Of a stretch of DNA of 64,000 nt, positions 50,952-61,930 are shown one piece after another. Under the pieces are notes generated by a model. The model made no database searches. It saw only the letters and a program-made list of their open reading frames with translations, and was not told where the DNA came from. Positions within the stretch are counted from its first letter, which is position 1. Each line of letters opens with the position of its first letter. The DNA lies in contig CAWKFY010000020.1 in the NCBI GenBank assembly GCA_963848815.1, forward strand, positions 74,760 to 138,759, read 5' to 3'. The stretch is from an uncultured Chloroflexia bacterium (lineage in GTDB: Bacteria; Chloroflexota; Dehalococcoidia; GIF9; UBA5629). The position numbers and the translations under genes were made by a program.

Positions 50952-51425
50952 ATGACAAGACCAAGAAAATGCAGACGCATAGCATTTATCCCGGGAGTTA
51001 CCTATTTTAAGCCGGCAGGGATACCGATGAGATTCCTCGAGGAGGTACGACTAACCCTAGAAGAAACCGAGGCCATCAGGTTAAAAGATATCGAGGATTT
51101 GGACCAGGAGGCCTGTGCCGAACGCATGAATATATCCCGGCCGACCGTACAGCGCATCATCGAATCGGCGCGCAAGAAGATAACTGATGCCCTGCTCAAC
51201 GGCAAGTCCATCAGGATCGAAGGCGGCAGCATTGAGATTTTACCGCAGCACTGTATTTGCGAAAACGGCCACGAGTGGGATGTGCCGCTGGAACAGGCTA
51301 TGGGACAGCCTGTACAGCTTTGCCCCGTGTGCAACAGCGCTTCTACCGGGGCATCGCAGATAGAAGGCACATACCTGGGCCGACACCGCCACGGCAGATG
51401 CCGCGGGGGTGGATATAATCGTTAA
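50952..51425 (+). CDS. DUF134 family DNA-binding protein with C-terminal zinc ribbon
   Basis: MTRPRKCRRI..YFKP..EAIRLKD..MNISRPT..ARKKITDAL. Confidence 0.92.
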   Translation: MTRPRKCRRIAFIPGVTYFKPAGIPMRFLEEVRLTLEETEAIRLKDIEDLDQEACAERMNISRPTVQRIIESARKKITDALLNGKSIRIEGGSIEILPQHCICENGHEWDVPLEQAMGQPVQLCPVCNSASTGASQIEGTYLGRHRHGRCRGGGYNR

Positions 51426-51465
51426 AAGAAAAAGAAGAACAATAAACAATACAAAGGAGGTAAAA

Positions 51466-51768
51466 ATGTTATACGGAAGAGGATATGGTTTTAGTGTTGG
51501 AGGTGGCTGGGGCCGGGGAGGAGGCAGAGGTTTCGGTTTTATGGGAGCTTCTGCACCCTGGCCGTATATAGGCCGCGGGAGAGGAGGCCTGCCCAGGTGC
51601 GGATATTACCTGGCCAACCCCGCACTCATCCCACCCTATTACAACTATGCAGCGCAGGCAGCGCCGGAAAATCCGGCTGCCCTGAAAAATATGGCCGACT
51701 CTATCAAAGATACCCTGGCACAGATACAGGCCAGGATCAGCGAGCTGGAACAGCAAAAATCGGTTTAG
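51466..51768 (+). CDS. DUF5320-like Gly/Arg-rich small protein
   Basis: GRGRGGLPRC plus C-terminal coiled coil. Confidence 0.7.
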   Translation: MLYGRGYGFSVGGGWGRGGGRGFGFMGASAPWPYIGRGRGGLPRCGYYLANPALIPPYYNYAAQAAPENPAALKNMADSIKDTLAQIQARISELEQQKSV

Positions 51769-51830
51769 TCAGATGCAATATATTTTTCAGGCAATTTTAT
51801 AAAAATGATATTCAAATGGAGGAATTAAAA

Positions 51831-52091
51831 ATGTCGGGATTTGATGGTACCGGACCAAGGGGGTTGGGACCCAGAACAGGCGGAGGACGTGGATTTTGCT
51901 CCGTCCCGCCCGGTAGTGCAGGAATTCCCTACCGCAGCAGGGATTTCGCAGGAGGCTACTGGGCAGCTTACCCGGGTTTATCATCGCAGGGAGAGCTTGA
52001 GCTATTGAAAAATGAATTCACCCTGCTGCAGAAGGAGCTTGAACTCATCGAGGTAAAAATAAAAGCGATCGAAGCACAAAAGAGTGAATAG
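51831..52091 (+). CDS. DUF5320 family protein
   Basis: DGTGPRGLGPRTGGGRGFC. Confidence 0.8.
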   Translation: MSGFDGTGPRGLGPRTGGGRGFCSVPPGSAGIPYRSRDFAGGYWAAYPGLSSQGELELLKNEFTLLQKELELIEVKIKAIEAQKSE

Positions 52092-52124
52092 AGATACCAA
52101 GCAACTAACAAGGAGGCAATAATC

Positions 52125-52489
52125 ATGAATTTAGCTATAACTGCCAGCGGGGACCGCCTGGACTCGGATATTGACCCACGTTTCGGCAGGTGCAAATACT
52201 TTATCTTTGTCAATCCGGATACGATGGCTTTCAAGCCGTGCCAAATTCCGGCACGGCAGGTGGGGCCGGCATTGCCGCCGGCCAGACCGTAGTCACGTAT
52301 GGAGCCAAGGCTGTACTGACCGGCGACTGCGGGCCCAACGCCTACCAGGTGCTTGCGGCTGCCGGTATAGAGGTCTTTACCGGCGTTTCCGGAAAAGTAA
52401 AAGACGCAATAGAAGACTATAAAGCTGGTAAACTCAAGGCCGACAGCCAGGCCAGCGTGCAGCCTCACCACGGTCAGGCTGCCAGATAG
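52125..52489 (+). CDS. NifB/NifX family protein (frameshifted)
   Basis: DPRFGRCKYF, GAGIAAGQ, TGDCGPNAY. Confidence 0.85.
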
Positions 52490-52529
52490 CAATTTAAAAA
52501 CTAGAAACATATTTAAAAGGAGGTAAAAA

Positions 52530-52802
52530 ATGCCAAGAGGAGATATGACAGGTCCGCCCGGAGGAGCCGGAAGAGGAATGGGCTCAGGCAGGGGCGCAGG
52601 TAGCGGCCGGGGAGCCGGACAAGGTGGCGGCAGAATGGGCGGCAACCGATCCGGGTCAGGCCCGGGCGGTGAATGTGTTTGCCCCAGTTGCGGCGCCAAA
52701 GTTGCCCATCAGGTCGGAATGCCCTGTTACAACATTCAGCTGTCCCAAATGCGGTACAAAGATGGCGAGAGCCTGAATGATCATTTCTGTAGCCAGCGGT
52801 AA
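52530..52802 (+). CDS. Gly-rich zinc-binding small protein (probable frameshift at 3' end)
   Basis: MPRGDMTGP...CVCPSCG..H..GMPC. Confidence 0.75.
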   Translation: MPRGDMTGPPGGAGRGMGSGRGAGSGRGAGQGGGRMGGNRSGSGPGGECVCPSCGAKVAHQVGMPCYNIQLSQMRYKDGESLNDHFCSQR

Positions 52803-53637
52803 AGGTGGGACAGGCAAGACCCTGGTCGCCACCAGCCTTGCTGTATCTATCGGGGATAAGGAAAAGGTGCAGTTCCTCGACTGCGATGTAGAGGAGCCTA
52901 ACGATCACCTCTTCCTCAGGCCGGTTATTACAGCAAGCGAGCCGGTCTGCATCCCTGTCCCAAAGGTGGACTATAACAGGTGCACCTTCTGCGGGGAATG
53001 TGCGCGGGTATGCGCTTACAAGGCCATCGCTGTGGTGCCTGAGAGCGTACTTATCTTCGACCAGCTCTGCCACGGTTGCGGCGCCTGCAGTTATCTATGC
53101 CCTGAGGGTGCAATATCGGAAGAGGGCAGGGAAATGGGAGTTGTCGAGTCCGGGCATGCCAAAACTATAAAATTCGTTCAGGGCAGGTTAACCGTAGGAG
53201 AGGCAATGGCAGTGCCCGTTATACGGCGGGTCAAGGAAAAGATCAAACATAATATGACTTCAATACTGGATGTTTCGCCGGGTACATCCTGCCCCGTGGT
53301 GGAAGCGATCAGGAACAGCAATTATTGTTTATTGGTCACAGAGCCGACGCCTTTCGGGCTGCACGACCTGAGGCTGGCCGTCGAAATGGTCCGGGAACTG
53401 GGCATTCCCTGCGGAGTTATCATCAACCGCGCCATGCGCGGGGAGACCCTGGTGAACGAATTTTGCCGTTCACAGGACATCCCGGTATTGCTGGAGATAC
53501 CGCTCAACAGGGAGATTGCCCGCCTGTACTCCGAAGGCATCACACTGGCGGAGGGCCAGCCACAGTGGCAGGCTGCATTTATAGACGTATATTCCAAAAT
53601 CAAGGAAGCATTGCATGAAAGAAGTCGTTGTTCTTAG
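52777..53637 (+). CDS. MinD/ParA-type P-loop ATPase with inserted ferredoxin domain
   Basis: SGKGGTGKT, DCDVEEPN, CTFCGEC, CHGCGAC, TEPT. Confidence 0.92.
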   Translation: MIISVASGKGGTGKTLVATSLAVSIGDKEKVQFLDCDVEEPNDHLFLRPVITASEPVCIPVPKVDYNRCTFCGECARVCAYKAIAVVPESVLIFDQLCHGCGACSYLCPEGAISEEGREMGVVESGHAKTIKFVQGRLTVGEAMAVPVIRRVKEKIKHNMTSILDVSPGTSCPVVEAIRNSNYCLLVTEPTPFGLHDLRLAVEMVRELGIPCGVIINRAMRGETLVNEFCRSQDIPVLLEIPLNREIARLYSEGITLAEGQPQWQAAFIDVYSKIKEALHERSRCS

Positions 53638-54483
53638 CGGCAAAGGCGGCACGGGCAAGACCAGTATTGCGGGATGTTTCGCCGCGCTGGCAATGATAAA
53701 GTAATGGCTGATTGTGATGTGGATGCCGCCAACCTGCACCTGCTCCTGCAACCCGTCGACCGGCAAAAGGAAGAGTTTTGGAGCGGACAGGTCGCCCTGA
53801 TCGATGAAACTGCCTGTACCGAATGCGGCCTCTGCCAGGAACAATGCCGGTTCGATGCCATTCACGATTTCAAGGTCGAGCCGCATTTCTTGCGAAGGCT
53901 GCGGTTTCTGCGCACGCATCTGCCCCGTCAACGCCATAACCATGCAGGATAACCTGGCTGGTCACTGGTATATTTCCGATACTGGATTCGGGCCGCTGGT
54001 GCACGCCCGCCTGGGCATTGCGCAGGAGAACTCGGGCAAACTGGTGGCACTGGTAAGACAGCAGGCCAGGAAAATCGCGGAGGAACAGGGCTGTGACACC
54101 ATAGTCACAGACGGCCCTCCAGGGATAGGCTGCCCGGTAATATCTTCGCTTTCCGGCGCCGACCTGGCGCTTGCTGGTTACCGAGCCGACGGTATCGGGA
54201 GTGCATGATCTGGAACGTATAATAGAAGTTTGCCGCCACTTCAAAGTGCCGGCCATCGTCTGTATTAATAAATACGATATTAATGAGGAGAAGTCCCGGC
54301 AGATCGAGGGATATTGCACCGGCAGAGGGATAGCCGTAATCGCAAAAATACCTTTTGATACCTCGGTCAACAGCGCAGTGGCGCACGGCATCCCGCTGGT
54401 GGAATACGCAGCGGACAGCCCGGCAGGCCGTGAGATCAAACAGGCCTGGCTGAAAGTCAGATCGCATTCTGTCCGCAAATTAA
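53615..54483 (+). CDS. second MinD-type ATPase with ferredoxin domain (frameshifted)
   Basis: SGKGGTGKT, DCDVDAANL, ENSGKLV, DGPPGIGCP. Confidence 0.88.
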
Positions 54484-54499
54484 TAGAAAGGAGAATATT

Positions 54500-54739
54500 A
54501 TGCCAATTTATGACTATGCCTGCGCCGATTGCGGGCACCAATTCGAGCAAATGCAAGGAATGTCTGCCGAGAGCCGGCTAAAATGCCCATCCTGCGGCAG
54601 CAACGCAGTAAATAAATTGATTTCAGCGCCCGGTCTGATCAGGACCGCCGGCAAACCCGGTGGCGGCCAGACTTGCTGCGGTCGCACCGAGCGCTGTGAT
54701 ACGCCTCCCTGTTCATCAGGGGGACAATGTCACAGATAA
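54500..54739 (+). CDS. FmdB family zinc-ribbon protein
   Basis: MPIYDYACADCG...CPSCGS. Confidence 0.88.
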   Translation: MPIYDYACADCGHQFEQMQGMSAESRLKCPSCGSNAVNKLISAPGLIRTAGKPGGGQTCCGRTERCDTPPCSSGGQCHR

Positions 54740-54785
54740 AAAGATAGAACCGCCAACATCCAGAAATAAAATTAAGGAGTCCTAA

Positions 54786-55124
54786 ATGAAATATGCAATA
54801 CCTGTCAGCGGAGGGATGCTGTCATCCCACTTTGGACACTGCGAACAGTTTGCCCTGATAGACGCCGACGAAAAAAACAAGATCATCCTTGGCAAAGAGA
54901 TCATCCCGTCCCCCGGGCACCAGCCGGGCTTTTTGCCCCCATGGCTGGCCAGGCAGGGAGTTGAGGTGGTTATAGCCGGCGGCATGGGTCCCAGTGCCAT
55001 CTCGCTCTTCCAGCAAAACGGTATCAATGTCCTGCTGGGGGCACAGCCGGCCGACCCCGAGAAAGTGGTAACCGATTATCTCAACGGCAAACTCGTAATC
55101 GGTGATAACACTTGCGATCACTAG
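54786..55124 (+). CDS. NifB/NifX family protein
   Basis: HFGHCEQF, IAGGMG, NTCDH. Confidence 0.9.
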   Translation: MKYAIPVSGGMLSSHFGHCEQFALIDADEKNKIILGKEIIPSPGHQPGFLPPWLARQGVEVVIAGGMGPSAISLFQQNGINVLLGAQPADPEKVVTDYLNGKLVIGDNTCDH

Positions 55125-55186
55125 CCACACGTCCGTAGATTAATTATCGATACAGATAAACAATGGCAGGTGGGTAATTTACAATA

Positions 55187-55856
55187 ATGACGCACGTAGA
55201 TTCTCCTTTCAATACACGGGCTGCTGATTATGACAGATGGTTTGATGAAAAGGATGGCAAACTCATTTTCGCCACCGAAGTCAAGGCATTCCAAGAGATT
55301 TTGCCTGTGCTGCCGAAGCCGTGGCTGGAAATCGGAGTGGGCAGCGGTCGCTTCGCACAGGCACTGGGCATCAGCACCGGTTTGGATCCGTCAGGCAGGC
55401 TACTGGAGATAGCCAGAGGCCGCGGCATTATAACGCTATGCGGTAAGGCGGAAGACCATATCATGCCCGCGGAAAGCTTCGGCAGCGTTTTTCTCATCAT
55501 GACATTATGTTTCATCGATAAACCTGGTATTGCGCTACAGGAAATTCACCACGCCCTTAAGCCCGGCGGCAGGCTGGTGCTTGGGGCTGTATCGAGTGAA
55601 AGCGCCTGGGGAATCCTCTACCAGCAAAAAAGCGGGACGGACATCCATTCTATAAGCATGCTAATTTCTACACATACCTGCAGATAAAGGACTTGCTCCA
55701 GGATGCCGGGTTTTCCATCGATTCCACCATATCAACCCTGTTTCAAAACCGGGGCATTTGACCAGAATTGAGGCCCCTTTGACCGACTTTCATGAGGATG
55801 CGGGGTTCCTTGTAATCGTAGCTGATAAGTTGCCCCGGCCGCCCGGAAGAGGATAG
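55187..55856 (+). CDS. class I SAM methyltransferase (frameshifted)
   Basis: YDRWF, LEIGVGSGRFA, LKPGG. Confidence 0.82.
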
Positions 55857-55857
55857 C

Positions 55858-56622
55858 ATGTCCATTATTTACGGCCCCGTTCCATCCTGGCGTTTGGGAA
55901 AGTCCCTCGGTATAGATATGATATCGACACGCTCTAAAACCTGCTCCTTCGATTGCGTCTATTGTCAATTAGGAGGCACTGTAAACAGGCAAGCCGACCG
56001 AAAAGAATTTATTTCGCTCAAGAGTTTAGAGCGGGAACTTAAGCGATTACCAGCGGTGGATGCGGATTGTGCAACCTTCTCCGGCGTCGGCGAGCCGACG
56101 CTCGCCAACAACATTGGGGAGGCCATTGAAATGGCCAGGCAATCGTTGAGAATCCCAATCGCTGTATTAACTAACTCATCCCTTCTACATGTACGGGGCG
56201 TACGTGAGGAATTGGCCAGCGCAGATATAGTGGTTGCCAAGCTGGATGCTCCTGACGATGACCTTCTGCATCTTGTAAACAGGCCTGTATTCAGCCTGTC
56301 AATTCACCGGTTAATTGAAGGCATTAAATCATTTCGTTCTATATTCGACGGTAAGCTGGCTATCCAGACAATGTTCATTGAGATAAACCGGGGTAAAGTC
56401 GCCCAACTGGCTGAATTAGTTAAAACGCTTGCACCGGATGAGATCCAGATCAACACTCCTCTGAGGCCGTGCCCGGTCAGACCACTAACCCCGGCTGATC
56501 TATCTCAAATAAGCAGGAGTTTTTGCGGATTCAAGCATGTCGTCACTGTATATGAAGCTTCAAAGCCCATTGTTGTACCAATAAATAAGCAACAAACGGA
56601 ACGCCGCAGACCGAAAGAGTAG
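55858..56622 (+). CDS. radical SAM protein
   Basis: YGPVPSWRLGKSLG, CSFDCVYC, SGVGEPTL. Confidence 0.9.
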   Translation: MSIIYGPVPSWRLGKSLGIDMISTRSKTCSFDCVYCQLGGTVNRQADRKEFISLKSLERELKRLPAVDADCATFSGVGEPTLANNIGEAIEMARQSLRIPIAVLTNSSLLHVRGVREELASADIVVAKLDAPDDDLLHLVNRPVFSLSIHRLIEGIKSFRSIFDGKLAIQTMFIEINRGKVAQLAELVKTLAPDEIQINTPLRPCPVRPLTPADLSQISRSFCGFKHVVTVYEASKPIVVPINKQQTERRRPKE

Positions 56623-56764
56623 AAGCCATGAACCGCATAATTAGGGATTTACTCGAAGTAAAATTCAGACAACTTTGATATGGTTGTCCGTTTTTATAGC
56701 TCCGCATGTAATTCTGTAACACAGGTGGCCATCCCGTATAGCCTAAAACACCAAAATTAATAAT

Positions 56765-57070
56765 GTGACGGTGAACGAAATGGATAATTTTGACCTTGAA
56801 CCCAAGTACACTGCCAACGAGGTACCGGGTAAGTGTCTGAAATGCCTGGCCGAGAAAGAGCTGAATACCTGTCTGTTCGGACTTCTCAGTAGGCAGTCCA
56901 GCGATAGCGAGCTACAGCAGCGCTACGAGGCATTGCTGGCTTTATTGCAATCTCCCGACTTTGAAAGGCTGCGCAGTGAGGCTGAGAGACTGCTTTCCGA
57001 AGGCAAACAGGTTAAAGTTAAGGTAGCTTATGATAATGGCAATCTGCAGTGTGCACTGATAATTGAATAA
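56765..57070 (+). CDS. hypothetical protein
   Basis: 101-aa ORF with CxxC. Confidence 0.55.
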   Translation: MTVNEMDNFDLEPKYTANEVPGKCLKCLAEKELNTCLFGLLSRQSSDSELQQRYEALLALLQSPDFERLRSEAERLLSEGKQVKVKVAYDNGNLQCALIIE

Positions 57071-57123
57071 AACTGCGGCTGATTCTGTCTCCAATAAATT
57101 GATAAGATAGTAACCGCTATGCG

Positions 57124-57292
57124 TGGCCAGGGCTTATGAACCCATACGTCTCCTGCTCAACCCATATTCTGGACGCCAAGTTCAAGTCGTAGAGCATCTG
57201 TAGGGACGCACCTGAAGGTACGTCCGAAAAAGCGGGCGGGTTTGCCCCCTACAGCGAAAAATAAGAAGGGCGTGCCTGTGGCCCGCCCTTTT
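57124..57292 (+). repeat. degenerate copy of hydrogenase 3' end + REP + terminator
   Basis: aligns to 50614-50790. Confidence 0.85.
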
Positions 57293-57361
57293 AAATTTTA
57301 ACCTTTGTAATCTTCTCAGGTGACTGTATAATCTAGTTACTACACGCGGAGGTGCAGGCTT

Positions 57362-57781
57362 ATGGAGAATAAGAGCAGGCTGCTCGATACCCTTAATGAC
57401 TCTTTGAAGCTCGAATACTCTATGATAATACACTATCCCCTGATAAACAGCGCCATCCACGACCCCGAGATCAAGAAGATGGTCAATACGTTGGGCGTTG
57501 TATCGATCAAACATGCCGATACAGTGGCTGAAGCCATCACTATGCTGGGAGGAGTACCACAATGGGATTTTGAACCTGCCCCGCAAGAAATGGACCTGAA
57601 AAAAATCTTCCTGCTGCAAATGGACAAGGAAAAAATGGCGCTCAAGCTTCACACTGAAAGCGCAAACATGGCAACCGATGCATCACTCAAGGCCAAATTT
57701 GAGGCAATAGCCGATCAGGAAAAAGAGCATATAGCGCTCGTAGATAGCATCCTCGCATTGCTGGACCAGGGCAAAAGCTAA
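57362..57781 (+). CDS. ferritin-like / rubrerythrin-like protein
   Basis: LE..., SIKH, KE, QEKEH diiron-type pattern. Confidence 0.8.
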   Translation: MENKSRLLDTLNDSLKLEYSMIIHYPLINSAIHDPEIKKMVNTLGVVSIKHADTVAEAITMLGGVPQWDFEPAPQEMDLKKIFLLQMDKEKMALKLHTESANMATDASLKAKFEAIADQEKEHIALVDSILALLDQGKS

Positions 57782-57805
57782 TCGATAACCGGCAGTTCAT
57801 CATAA

Positions 57806-58012
57806 GACTTTGAGAAGCTGCTGCCCGAGATAATCGACCAGCCTCAGTACAAGATCCAGCTTACCACGGAGATGCTGGTCAGGGCTTACGATCCCTGCGT
57901 CTCCTGCTCCACCCATATGCTGGAAGTGAAGTTCAAATAGTAGTGCAGTCGTAGGGACGTACCTTCAGGTGCGTCCGAAAAAGCGGGCGGGTTTAAAAAC
58001 CCGCCCACTACA
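57806..58012 (+). repeat. about 206-bp direct repeat of hydrogenase large-subunit 3' end + REP
   Basis: aligns to 50544-50749; encodes DFEKLLPEII...YDPCVSCSTHMLEVKFK*. Confidence 0.95.
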
Positions 58013-58167
58013 GGCCCGGCAGGCCCGTGGCAATCCCACGGCGTTGAGTCTTGCCTCAAGCTTTCGTACAAAGGATTGCTTCAGCCCCGATCCAATCGGT
58101 GCTTCGCAATGACGTGGTTACAAGCCTTGCCCCTACCTACAGCTTGAAGTACAATTCGGTTGCATCT

Positions 58168-60467
58168 ATGGCTAAAACACTACAAAAGCAGCTTGCCCGC
58201 ATCAGCGCCCGCGGCGTCGTCCAGGGCGTCGGCTTCCGGCCCTTCGTATACGGGCTGGCCAAACAACACAAGCTCAACGGCTGGGTCTGCAACACTTCGG
58301 AGGACGTCAAGATCGAGGTCGAGGGCGAGAGGAAGACCTCGACCTTTTCATCTCCGACCTGGAGGAAAAGGCCCCGCCGCTGGCGCATATCGAGAGCATA
58401 TCAGTCAGCTTCGATGAGCCCGCCGGCTACCAGGGCTTTGAAATCCGCCACAGCGTAGCCCAGCCGGGCAAATACCAGCTCGTCTCGCCGGATATCGCCA
58501 CCTGCGGCCCCTGCCTGGAGGAAATTTTCACCCAGGGCAACCGCCGCTACCGCTATCCCTTCACCAACTGCACCAACTGCGGCCCGCGCTTCACCATCAT
58601 CAAGGACATCCCCTACGACCGGCCGCTGACCACCATGCGCGTCTTCAAGATGTGCCCCGACTGCCAGCGGGAATACGAAGACCCGCTGGACCGCCGCTTC
58701 CACGCCCAGCCCAACGCCTGCCCGGTCTGCGGCCCGCAGCTTGAGCTGATGGACAACAAGGGCAAGCACGGTCAATTGCGATGACATCATCCCGAAAACG
58801 GCCATCCCTGCTGAGGGAAGGCAAGATCATGGCCATCAAGGGGCTGGGGGGCTTCCTGCTGGCCTGCGACGCCCAAAACGCCGATTCCGTGAAGACTGCT
58901 GCGCCGGCGCAAGAACGGCCCTCCAAGCCCTTCGCCGTCATGCTGACCGCTATCGAAGAGGTCCGGCAGACACTGCACGGTCACGCCGGCCGAGGAAAAG
59001 CTGCTGCAGTCCCCGCAGAGCCCCATCGTCCTGCTGAAATGGAAGGAGGGATCGATCCATCTGCACGAGGTGGCGCCCGGCCTGAAATACCTGGGCGTGA
59101 TGCTGCCCTACACCCCGCTGCACCACCTGCTCATGAGGGAGCCGGCCTGCCGCTGGTCATGACCAGCGGCAACCTCAGCGAGGAGCCCATCGCCAGGCAC
59201 AACAACGAGGCGCTGCGCAGGCTGGGCAACATCGCCGACTATTTCCTCATGCACAACCGGGATATCTATTCCAGCTACGACGACAGCGTGACCATGGTGG
59301 TGAATGAGACGCCGCAGCTACTCCGCCGCGCCCGCGGCTACGCCCCTTACCCCATTCACCTGCCAATTCAAGTCTCCGCAGATACTGGCCTGCGGCGCCG
59401 AGGAGAAGAACACCTTCTGCCTGACCCGGGACAACCACGCCTTCGTCAGCCAGCACATCGGCGACATGGAAAACATGGAGACGATGGAGCACTATGAGAG
59501 GACCATCGAGCTGTATAAACGGCTCTTCCGCATCGAACCCGAGATCATAGCTTATGACATGCACCCCGAGTACCTGCCCACCAAATACGCACTGGAGCAG
59601 ATCGAAAAGGGCGGGCTCAAAGGCGTGCCGGTGCAGCACCACCACGCCCATATCGCCTCTGTACTGGCGGATAACGTCGGCCGAGGGCCGGTCATCGGCG
59701 TGGCCTTCGACGGCACCGGCTACGGCACCGACGGCCAAATCTGGGGCGGCGAGTTCCTCATCGCCGACTCTAAGGGCTTCAAACGTGCCGGCCAGCTTGA
59801 ATACCTGCCGCTGCCGGGAGGCTCGCTGGCCATCAAAAGGCCGGTGCGCATAGCCGCCGGCTATATCCTGGCACTGCTCGGGACAGGGGCGCTGGATGGC
59901 AGGCTGGGATTCCTGAAAAGCTTCGAGCCTACCGAGCTGGATCTGGTATGCAAACAGGTTGAGTCGGGCCTAAACTCGCCTTTGACCTCCAGCATGGGAA
60001 GGCTTTTCGACGCAGTGTCGGCCATGGCGGGCATACGCCCGGCGATCGATTATGAGGCCCAGGCGGCCATCGAAATGGAGATGAAGGCCTACGAGGCGGA
60101 ACATGAAAAGGGGACATACCCATTCTCCACTACGGGCGACGAGAGCTATACCATAGTACTTCTTCACGACTTGGTGGCGGCTGTATTGGACGACCTGCTT
60201 AAGGGCTGCCCGCCGCAGGTGGTGAGCATGCGCTTCCATAATACAGTGGCGGCCATGACATGCGACGTCTGCCTCACTCTTAAAGAGCGGTCCGGGCTTA
60301 ATACGGTGGCCCTGAGCGGAGGCTGCTACCAGAACCGTCTGCTGCTGATTAAAACCCTGGATGAGCTCAAAGCTGCAGGTTTCAACGTGCTCATACATAA
60401 ACAGGTGCCGACCAATGATGGCGGGGTATCACTGGGACAGGCGGTGATAGCGGGTAATATTGATTAA
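58168..60467 (+). CDS. hypF: hydrogenase maturation carbamoyltransferase (frameshifted)
   Basis: GVVQGVGFRP, TNCTNCGPR, KGLGGF, HHHAH, DGTGYG, NDGGVSLGQ. Confidence 0.93.
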
Positions 60468-60561
60468 ATAGAAGTAAGTAAATTGCGCTCATTGCCAGCC
60501 CCGATTGCATCGGGACTCCGCTACTCGCAATGGCGTGTTATGACATGGAACCTGAAAATAC

Positions 60562-61755
60562 TTAAACGATTTCCCTGTCCATGAGGTCGGCCAGCTTCTC
60601 CTCGCTGTAGCCCAGCAGTCCGGTATAGACCTCGCTGTTATTCTCGCCCAGGAAAGGGCAGGGATTATACGGGTTGCCCGGAGTTTTGGACATTTTAAAG
60701 ACCGTTCCCGGCATCTTTACAGATCCGGAGAGGACCTGCTCCACGTCCACCACCATCTGCCGGTGTTGCATCTGCGGGTCTTCGGCCACCTGTTTTAAAT
60801 CGAGGACCGGCGCGGCCGGAAGCTCGGCGGCGTCCATAAGTTTAAGGACCTCGGCCACGGTCTTGTCTTTGACCCATTCGTTAACGGCCTTATTGATCAT
60901 CTCCCGATGTTGCACCCGGTAGACCAGCGGCAGCATTTCCATCTCGCTGGCCAGGTCCAGCCTGCCCATCAGCTCGGCGAATTTTTGCCAGTGCCCGACC
61001 GTTACGATGCAAATTATCACAAAGCCGTCTCTGGCTTTGTAGGCGTTCCAGGGCACGATATTCTGGTACTCGTTGCCTATCCGGCCGGGCACGCGGCCGT
61101 CGATGAAATAGGAGCCGGCCGCTTCCACGGCGCTCATGGCCCACACGCAGTCTTGCATGGAGATATCGACAAACTGCCCTTCGCCCGTTTTCTCGCGGTG
61201 ATGAAGCGCGGCCAGTATGGCAACGGCCGTATAGAGGCCGCCGCCCATATCGGCGAACGAGGGGCCGCATTTGGTGGGCGGCGAATCAGGAAAGCCGGTT
61301 ACGCTCATCAGCCCGCCCATGGCCTGCGCCACCATGTCGAAGGCCAGGCGGTTGGCGTTCGGCCCCGTCTGACCGAAGCCGGACATCGAAGCATAGATGA
61401 TCTGAGGGTTTACCTTGCAGATAGCGTCGTAGTCCAGGCCCAGCCTTTTCATCACACCGGGAGCGAAGTTCTCAACCAGTATGCTGCACTTGGCCGCCAG
61501 CTCCATAGCGATGGCAAGCCCTTCTTTGGAACGCATATCGAGCGTGATGCTCTTCTTGCCGCGGTTGACCACCATGAAGGTGTAGCCTTCGCCCCCTTCG
61601 GTGATGGGAGGGATGGTCCTTACGGCATCGCCGCTCTCGCGGAACTCAACCTTGATCACCTCTGCGCCAAGCTGCGCCAGCAAGTCAGTGCAGAAAGGCC
61701 CCGCCAGCATGCGGGTGAAGTCCAGTATTCTAATCCCTGACAAAGATCCAGACAT
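60562..61755 (-). CDS. CoA-transferase family III (CaiB/BaiF)
   Basis: LAGPF, NRGKKS, ENF, GFGQTGP, active-site ADMGGG. Confidence 0.93.
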   Translation of the reverse strand: MSGSLSGIRILDFTRMLAGPFCTDLLAQLGAEVIKVEFRESGDAVRTIPPITEGGEGYTFMVVNRGKKSITLDMRSKEGLAIAMELAAKCSILVENFAPGVMKRLGLDYDAICKVNPQIIYASMSGFGQTGPNANRLAFDMVAQAMGGLMSVTGFPDSPPTKCGPSFADMGGGLYTAVAILAALHHREKTGEGQFVDISMQDCVWAMSAVEAAGSYFIDGRVPGRIGNEYQNIVPWNAYKARDGFVIICIVTVGHWQKFAELMGRLDLASEMEMLPLVYRVQHREMINKAVNEWVKDKTVAEVLKLMDAAELPAAPVLDLKQVAEDPQMQHRQMVVDVEQVLSGSVKMPGTVFKMSKTPGNPYNPCPFLGENNSEVYTGLLGYSEEKLADLMDREIV

Positions 61756-61930
61756 AATAGTCCCCCTGGTTCCCCGTTACTAACGCGGGATATTATGTCC
61801 GTTTACCGGAGCAGGGGCAAGGGATTTTGGTCGCGCGGGCAAATTTTACGCCTATATGCGGAGCGGAGCGGCAACATTCAGCTAAGCATGCTGAAGCCGA
61901 TAGGACGGAGCGAATAAGCTATTAGGCGCG

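Noticed and set aside
43785-60467. Many frameshifts read as programmed frameshifting or mass pseudogenisation
   Set aside because: They are scattered 1-nt indels with no common slippery motif, in genes whose motifs are otherwise intact across the window; long-read error is the simpler explanation.
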